A stretch of 32,000 nucleotides of DNA from Geobacter sulfurreducens PCA (GTDB taxonomy: Bacteria > Desulfobacterota > Desulfuromonadia > Geobacterales > Geobacteraceae): contig NC_002939.5 in the NCBI RefSeq assembly GCF_000007985.2, positions 3,630,001-3,662,000 of the forward strand. Direction: 5' to 3'. The notes below the pieces were generated by a model that made no database searches, was not told the origin of the DNA, and saw nothing but the letters and a program-made list of their open reading frames with translations. A program made the translations under genes and the position numbers. This document shows, one piece after another, positions 26,791 through 32,000 of the stretch; the first letter of the stretch is position 1; each line of letters opens with the position of its first letter.

Positions 26791-27534
26791 TCACCGGTCG
26801 AACTCCGGCAGGTGACGACGGTGCTTGAGAGGAAGGTGCTGCCGCTGCAATTCAGGGTTACGACGCTCCTCGATGGCCAGCCGGTCGAAATAGCGCTGCC
26901 AGAGATCGCGAAACAGGCGCTCCCCGTTGGACAACTGAAGTGGGCCGGTCACCTCCAGTTCCGCGTCGGTCCATGTGCGGCGGGACGGATCGAAGATAAT
27001 GGCCTCGCCCCGGCGGGGATCGTGAATGATCCAGCGCTGGTCGGCGAAACGGTCGGCAAAATGGGGAGCCACCAGGGGGAGGATGCGGTGTTCCGGCTCG
27101 ATTGCGGCATACCAGATATCGCCGTCCAGATGCTGGAAACGGACAAGCCCTTTGTAACGGTGCGCCTCGCGCCCCACGGCCCGAGCAAGTTTCCACACGG
27201 GCACGACCCGCTCGTGGGCGAGCATCCCGTCGAGTTGTTGTCCCACCACAACCCCCAGTTGCAGAAAATGGAAAAGGAGCAGCTCTTTGCCCGGTTCCGC
27301 GGCACGGAAGGCAAGGCGGAACGTGTGCAGAGCACCTGGGGTAAGGGTTCGGCGCAAAAGTCCGTAGAACGCCGCGGCACGCTGCCGGTCGGTTGCCACC
27401 TCCTCAACCGCGGCGAAGAGCGCCTGCTGCTCCGGTTGTTGGTCGATAATCGCCTCGGGCTCTACTCCCCGTTCCCGGGCCAAGGCAACAGCCGTGAGGA
27501 AGCCCGCAAAGGTGCCGTCGTAACGAAGGATCAC
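26791..27534 (-). CDS. DUF4130 / TIGR03915-like 'probable DNA metabolism protein' (no UDG-like fusion)
   Basis: It contains ILRYDGTFAGFLTAV, HRYKGLVRFQHL..IWYAAIEPEHRILPLVAPHFADRF.DQRWIIHD and LWQRYFDRLAIEERRNPELQRQHLP. The GTG start overlaps the upstream stop (GTGA at 27531-27534). Confidence 0.75.
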   Translation of the reverse strand: MILRYDGTFAGFLTAVALARERGVEPEAIIDQQPEQQALFAAVEEVATDRQRAAAFYGLLRRTLTPGALHTFRLAFRAAEPGKELLLFHFLQLGVVVGQQLDGMLAHERVVPVWKLARAVGREAHRYKGLVRFQHLDGDIWYAAIEPEHRILPLVAPHFADRFADQRWIIHDPRRGEAIIFDPSRRTWTDAELEVTGPLQLSNGERLFRDLWQRYFDRLAIEERRNPELQRQHLPLKHRRHLPEFDR

Positions 27535-28826
27535 AACTCACCCGTGATGGTGGACCGAATGTCCATGCCGGCCCCACCGTCGAACAGGGACGGCTGGCTC
27601 CAGCGCTCGCGCCGAAGTGGTTTTTCGGTGAGACGCAGCCGGAGGCCTGCCGCATCGGGAGTCAGATCGGCGGCGAACCTCCCTCGGGCGGTAATGAAGT
27701 AGCGGGCGCGCTTCATCACCACCCCGAGCCTGGGCAGGTCATCCAGGGACAGATGGCTGCCCCGCCGCGCCAAGACGATCCGCTGGGCCGAGCGGACCCC
27801 GATTCCCGGCACCCGAAGGAGCGCCTCGTAGTCGGCCCGATTCACCTCGACGGGGAACAGGTGAAGATTTCGGAGCGCCCACCCAGCCTTGGGGTCCAGC
27901 GAGAGATCCAGGTTGGGGCGCTCTTCGTCCAGGAGCTCGCCGGCGGCGAAGCCATAGTAGCGCATGAGCCAGTCGGCCTGGTAGAGGCGGTGTTCCCGCG
28001 CGAGCGGTGGGGTGCCCACCACGGCGGGAAGGCGCTCGTCCCGGTTCACGGAGATGAAGGCAGAGTAGTAGACCCGCTTCAGGGAAAGCCTTCCGTAAAG
28101 CCCCGCCGCCAGCGAAATGATCTGCAGGTCAGTCTCCCCCGATGCGCCGACGATGAGCTGGGTGCTCTGCCCGGCCGGGGCAAAGGGGGGCATCTTCCGG
28201 GAAACCTTGCGCTCCTCCCGGGTCTGGACGATCAGCTCCCCCACTCGCTTCATGGGCCCCACGATCGACTCCCTGCTTTTGTCGGGCGCCAGGAGTGCAA
28301 GGCTCTCGCGCGACGGGAGTTCCATGTTGATACTGACCCGGTCGGCATGGCGACCGAGTCGCTCCACCAGGGCGAGGTCCGCGCCGGGCACCACCTTTAC
28401 GTGGATGTAGCCGTTGAAGCGGTACTCCTCGCGCAGCTGCCGGGTCGCTTCGATGAGAAGCTCCATGGTGTAGTCGGGATTCCTGATGACCCCGGTGGAG
28501 AGGAAGAGCCCTTCGATGGCATTGCGGCGGTAAAAGCCGATGGTGAGCTCCGCCACCTCGGCGGGAGTGAGCATCACCCGCCGGATGTCGTTGGAGCGAC
28601 GGTTCACGCAGTAGGCACAGTCATAGATGCAGACGTTGGTGAGAAGGATCTTCAGGAGGGATACGCAGCGGCCGTCGGCGGTCCAGGAGTGGCAGATGCC
28701 GCACTGGGCGGCGTTTCCGATCCCACCCTTGCCTTTGCGGGAGCTGCCGCTGGAGGCGCATGAAACGTCGTACTTGGCGCCGTCGGCGAGGATTTCGAGT
28801 TTTTCAGCCAGAGTTGGTTCCGCCAT
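27531..28826 (-). CDS. Radical SAM protein with C-terminal helix-hairpin-helix, TIGR03916-like 'putative DNA modification/repair radical SAM protein'
   Basis: The start MAEPTLAEKLEILADGAKYDVSCASSG, the CX3CX2C motif CIYDCAYC and the HhH LLRVPGIGVRSAQRIV are present. I chose the ATG at 28826, with GAGGGGA upstream. The track ORF extension to 29159 runs into the neighbouring gene. Confidence 0.8.
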   Translation of the reverse strand: MAEPTLAEKLEILADGAKYDVSCASSGSSRKGKGGIGNAAQCGICHSWTADGRCVSLLKILLTNVCIYDCAYCVNRRSNDIRRVMLTPAEVAELTIGFYRRNAIEGLFLSTGVIRNPDYTMELLIEATRQLREEYRFNGYIHVKVVPGADLALVERLGRHADRVSINMELPSRESLALLAPDKSRESIVGPMKRVGELIVQTREERKVSRKMPPFAPAGQSTQLIVGASGETDLQIISLAAGLYGRLSLKRVYYSAFISVNRDERLPAVVGTPPLAREHRLYQADWLMRYYGFAAGELLDEERPNLDLSLDPKAGWALRNLHLFPVEVNRADYEALLRVPGIGVRSAQRIVLARRGSHLSLDDLPRLGVVMKRARYFITARGRFAADLTPDAAGLRLRLTEKPLRRERWSQPSLFDGGAGMDIRSTITGEL

Positions 28827-28836
28827 CGTTCCCCTC

Positions 28837-28872
28837 AAAAAAGGCAAGGCCCGGGCAATCCTCTCCCGGACC
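28837..28872 (-). terminator. Rho-independent terminator after the OYE-like gene, abutting the radical-SAM RBS
   Basis: Minus strand: GGTCCGGG / loop AGAGGATTG / CCCGGGCC, then TTGCCTTTTTT, followed directly by GAGGGGAACG-ATG. Confidence 0.6.
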
Positions 28873-28900
28873 CATGACGGAATACGTCGCATTCCTCCCG

Positions 28901-30025
28901 TTACAGAGAAAACTCCCGGCTCTCCCGCTCCATCTTGTCCACCACGCAGCAGATCCCCCCCTCCTTGAGCCCCGGCTTGAAACAGCCGTTGCATGAGATA
29001 CAGCGGGCCCGGCTCTCGTCGCCCTGCTGCCAGCGGAGGGGAAGGTGCGGTTCGCGGATGAGGGGCCGGGAAAGGGCCACGTAGTCGGCCTCTTCCCGGC
29101 GGATGACCCCTTCCACCAGCTCGAAGGAACGGAATCCCCCCACCACCATGACAGGGCAAGAGACGGCATTCTTGATCCGATAGGCGGACGGAAGGTTGTA
29201 GGCTTCCTGCTCCCGGGTCTCGATCCCCTGACGCACTGCGGTTCGGGCTCCCGAGGCGGGGGTGCCGCCCGACACCTCGATGGCGTCGATGCCTTCTTCA
29301 TCGAGCATCCGGGCAACTTGAACCGCCTCGTCCAGGTCGAATCCGCCGGCCAGGTTGTCGGAGCCGTTGAGCTTGACCATGACGGGGAACTCTTTTCCCA
29401 CCGCCCGGCGCACGGCACGGCAGGTCTCAAGAAGGAACAGGGCTCGACTTTCCAGGTTGCCACCGTAGTGATCGGTCCGATGGTTGGTAAGAGGAGAAAG
29501 GAACTGGTTGATCAGGTAGCCGTGGGCGGCGTGGAGCTGGACCGCGTCGAAGCCCCACTCGCGTGCGCGGCGGGCGCCGTCGGCGAACAGGCCCGCCAGC
29601 TCAACCACTTCGGCCATAGGTAGTTCCCGCGGCAGTTCCGGATACTGCACCGCCTTGATTGCCGAGGGAGCCACCGGCTGGCAGCCGGCGGCCCGGGACG
29701 GCGCCTGTCCCCCGCAGTGAACCAGTTGGAGGCAGATTTTCCCCCCTTCCCGGTGGACGGCGCCGGTTACCTGCCGCGCGGCGGCGGCGAAGGAGCCCTC
29801 ATGGACACCCATCTGCCCGGGAAGTTGTTTCCCGTCAGGGCGAACGAAGGCGTAGCCGGTGATGATGAGCCCCACCCCGCCCCGGGCGAGGGTGGCATAG
29901 TAACCCGCCAGCTTTTCCGAGGGACAGCCGTCCTCGCCGCACATTCCCTCCCAGGTGGCGGAGCGGACGAGGCGGTTGGCAAGCACCATGTGGTTGATCT
30001 TGGTCTCGTCGAACACCTTGCGCAT
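28901..30025 (-). CDS. Old-Yellow-Enzyme family FMN oxidoreductase with C-terminal 4-Cys (Fe-S) motif, FadH N-terminal-domain-like, no FAD/NAD(P)H domain
   Basis: It contains LANRLVRSATWEG, HAAHGYLINQFLSP and the C-terminal CISCNGCFKPGLKEGGICC. The ATG at 30025 has GAAGGAGGA 6 nt upstream. The product is 374 aa. Confidence 0.85.
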   Translation of the reverse strand: MRKVFDETKINHMVLANRLVRSATWEGMCGEDGCPSEKLAGYYATLARGGVGLIITGYAFVRPDGKQLPGQMGVHEGSFAAAARQVTGAVHREGGKICLQLVHCGGQAPSRAAGCQPVAPSAIKAVQYPELPRELPMAEVVELAGLFADGARRAREWGFDAVQLHAAHGYLINQFLSPLTNHRTDHYGGNLESRALFLLETCRAVRRAVGKEFPVMVKLNGSDNLAGGFDLDEAVQVARMLDEEGIDAIEVSGGTPASGARTAVRQGIETREQEAYNLPSAYRIKNAVSCPVMVVGGFRSFELVEGVIRREEADYVALSRPLIREPHLPLRWQQGDESRARCISCNGCFKPGLKEGGICCVVDKMERESREFSL

Positions 30026-30067
30026 CAGCGTTCCTCCTTCAACCGGCGGCAAATCGCAGGGACGGGC

Positions 30068-31522
30068 TCAAAATATCTCGAAGAACTGGCCGGTTCCCAG
30101 CTTGTGGACCTTCATGAGGTTGGTGGACCCCCGGGCCTCCACCGGCACACCCATGGTGATGACCACCACGTCGCCCTTGCGGTAGCCACCGGACAGGAGC
30201 GTCGACTCCACGGCCACTATCTGCTCGTCGGTGCCGGCCATGGTGCCGATGGGGTATGCCTTGACTCCCCAGTAGAGCGACAGCCGTCGCATGGTGTCCA
30301 CCGAACCGGTGAAGGCGAGGATCGGCAGCGGAGGCCGGTAGCGTGAGATGCGGGCAGCCGTGCTCCCCGACTGGGTCATGCAGGCCACGGCCTTCGCCTT
30401 CAGAATGACGGCAGCGTGGCAGGCGGCCTCGGCCACCGCCTCGGCGATGCTGACGCTGTGGCGGCGTGGCCCCGAGCCGTCCTCCACCTGAGCGAAGCGC
30501 TCAACGTCGAGGGCCACCTTGTCCATGGTACGCACCGCTTCCAGGGGAAACTGCCCCGAGGCGGTCTCACCCGAGAGCATGACCGCATCGGTTCCGTCGA
30601 GGATGGCGTTGGCCACGTCCGAGGTCTCGGCCCGGGTGGGGCGCGGATGGCTAATCATGGATTCAAGCATCTGGGTGGCGGTGATCACCGGTTTGCCGGC
30701 CTCGTTGCAGGCCCGGATGATCTTTTTCTGGAACAGGGGGACCTTTTCCGGGCTGATTTCCACCCCCAGATCGCCCCGGGCCACCATGACCGCATCGGCA
30801 ACCTTGAGGATGCTTTTGAAGTTGCGCAGGGCCTCGGGCTTCTCGATCTTGGCCACCACCGGCACCTGGACGTCCCGTTCGAAGAGGATCCGCTTCAGCC
30901 CCTCCACGTCGGCGGCAGTGCGGACAAAGGACAGGGCAATGTAGTCGACCCCCACCTCCAGGCAGAAATCCAGATCGCGGAGGTCCTTCTCCGACAGCGA
31001 CGGCGCAGAAACCTTGACGCCGGGGAGGTTGATCCCTTTCAGATCCTTGAGCATGCCCCCCTGGACCACGGTGCAACGGACCGTGGCGCCGGACACGGAC
31101 TGGACCCGCAACTCGATAAGGCCGTCGTCCAGCAGGATGCGTGAGCCGGGCTTCACGTCGTGGGGGAGAGACTGGTAGATGGTGGAAATGAGACCGGGGC
31201 GCCCCAGGACCTCATCGGTGGTAATGTCGAGCGAGTCGCCCCGCACCAGCGGAATGGCACCGTTCTCCATCCTGCCGGTCCTGATCTTGGGCCCCTGGAG
31301 ATCGGCCAGAATGCCTATCTCCTTGCCCCGTTCGGCGGAAAGACGCCGGATGGCGGCGATTACCTCCCGCCGCTGGTCGTTGGAGCCGTGGGAAAAGTTG
31401 AGCCGGAAGACATCGACTCCTGCGTCCATCAGCTGCCGGATCATGTCGGGCGAGGAGCTGACGGGCCCCAGAGTGGCGATGATCTTGGTTTTGCGTGACA
31501 GTGTATCCATGGGCTTCGGCAT
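30068..31522 (-). CDS. pyk: Pyruvate kinase
   Basis: It contains KTKIIATLGP, FRLNFSHG, MVARGDLGVE and ATQMLESM, and is 484 aa long. An alternative ATG lies 4 codons downstream. Confidence 0.95.
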   Translation of the reverse strand: MPKPMDTLSRKTKIIATLGPVSSSPDMIRQLMDAGVDVFRLNFSHGSNDQRREVIAAIRRLSAERGKEIGILADLQGPKIRTGRMENGAIPLVRGDSLDITTDEVLGRPGLISTIYQSLPHDVKPGSRILLDDGLIELRVQSVSGATVRCTVVQGGMLKDLKGINLPGVKVSAPSLSEKDLRDLDFCLEVGVDYIALSFVRTAADVEGLKRILFERDVQVPVVAKIEKPEALRNFKSILKVADAVMVARGDLGVEISPEKVPLFQKKIIRACNEAGKPVITATQMLESMISHPRPTRAETSDVANAILDGTDAVMLSGETASGQFPLEAVRTMDKVALDVERFAQVEDGSGPRRHSVSIAEAVAEAACHAAVILKAKAVACMTQSGSTAARISRYRPPLPILAFTGSVDTMRRLSLYWGVKAYPIGTMAGTDEQIVAVESTLLSGGYRKGDVVVITMGVPVEARGSTNLMKVHKLGTGQFFEIF

Positions 31523-31527
31523 AGGCG

Positions 31528-31875
31528 TCAGTGGTGGAATTTGCCGACCCGTCCCTTATGGGCCGGACTCGGAGACTTGTGGCACTCGAAGCAGGGAAGT
31601 TCGTCCACCTTGCGGATGTCGAGGCTCGACCGCGGACGATCGGTGGGGGGAACGTTGTACGTCTCGGTCTGGAAGTAGGGGCGGTCGCTGCCGCGCTCAT
31701 CGGTCAGGGCAACGGTGCGATAGGATACCTGCCAGTTTGCGCTGATGGGAACGGTATGGCACTGATCGCAACCGCCCGGCGGAGGAATAGCCTTCCAGGA
31801 CATCAGCATGGCGCAACCGCTGGCCAGCGACAGCATGGCCACGAATGCCAGAAGTGTGAAAACTCGGGTGAGCAT
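31528..31875 (-). CDS. Small di-haem c-type cytochrome lipoprotein (115 aa)
   Basis: The signal peptide with lipobox is MLTRVFTLLAFVAMLSLASGC. There are two CXXCH motifs (CDQCH, CFECH). AAGGAG lies 6 nt upstream of the ATG at 31875. The stop is 5 nt before the pyk ATG. Confidence 0.75.
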   Translation of the reverse strand: MLTRVFTLLAFVAMLSLASGCAMLMSWKAIPPPGGCDQCHTVPISANWQVSYRTVALTDERGSDRPYFQTETYNVPPTDRPRSSLDIRKVDELPCFECHKSPSPAHKGRVGKFHH

Positions 31876-32000
31876 GAGGCACTCCTTGATGGGTGGTCGT
31901 TTACGGCATGAGAAAGCATAGCACAAGAGGAGGGCAAAACAAACCCGGTGGGTGGCGTAACCCCCTTGAAAGGCAGGGGCGGCGAAAAAACGGGCCGGCA

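Overview
The window reads as a high-GC, gene-dense and mostly housekeeping chromosomal segment of a Geobacter-type (Desulfuromonadota) genome. That assignment is my inference from gene content: c-type cytochromes, ResB/CcsA paralogs and a 300-aa globin sensor with a membrane output domain. Nearly all long ORFs antisense to the calls are GC-rich shadow frames.

Gene order:
- 3' part of an FG-GAP-like protein, then hisZ-purA
- tRNA-Lys(UUU) and tRNA-Glu(UUC)
- A Zn-ribbon mini-protein plus a NorQ/CbbQ-like AAA+ ATPase (-), divergent from a membrane globin sensor (+)
- hemH (-)
- A thiolase-like/OB-fold fusion (-)
- A lipoprotein (-) and an MFS transporter (-)
- A mini CcsA/ResB-like pair (+)
- A secreted tail-fibre-like beta-helix protein (+)
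- DUF4139 (-), a cyclophilin (-) and a PrmA-like methyltransferase (-)
- Phosphohexomutase-corA-ppk (+)
- An XRE-HTH/S24-like repressor (-), divergent from uvrA (+)
- DUF1847, DUF2288, DUF4130 and radical-SAM/HhH (all -)
- Fe-S OYE reductase, pyk and a di-haem lipoprotein cytochrome (all -)

I saw no CRISPR array, integrase, transposase or rRNA.

Most interesting candidates:
1. A translationally coupled four-gene operon extends the uncharacterised radical-SAM/DUF4130 'DNA repair' pair with DUF2288 and DUF1847. It lies tail-to-tail with uvrA, and a terminator hairpin abuts its first ribosome-binding site.
2. The LexA/CI-like repressor beside uvrA has both S24 catalytic residues substituted (Ser->Phe, Lys->Arg). 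A clear inverted-repeat operator overlaps its own predicted promoter.
3. A NorQ/CbbQ-type ATPase has no VWA partner. It is coupled instead to a CxxC...CxxC mini-protein and shares a palindrome-rich control region with the haem-globin sensor.
4. A thiolase-fold protein has its nucleophilic Cys replaced by Ser and is fused to an OB-fold-like tail.

All family names come from my reading of the translations, not from database searches.
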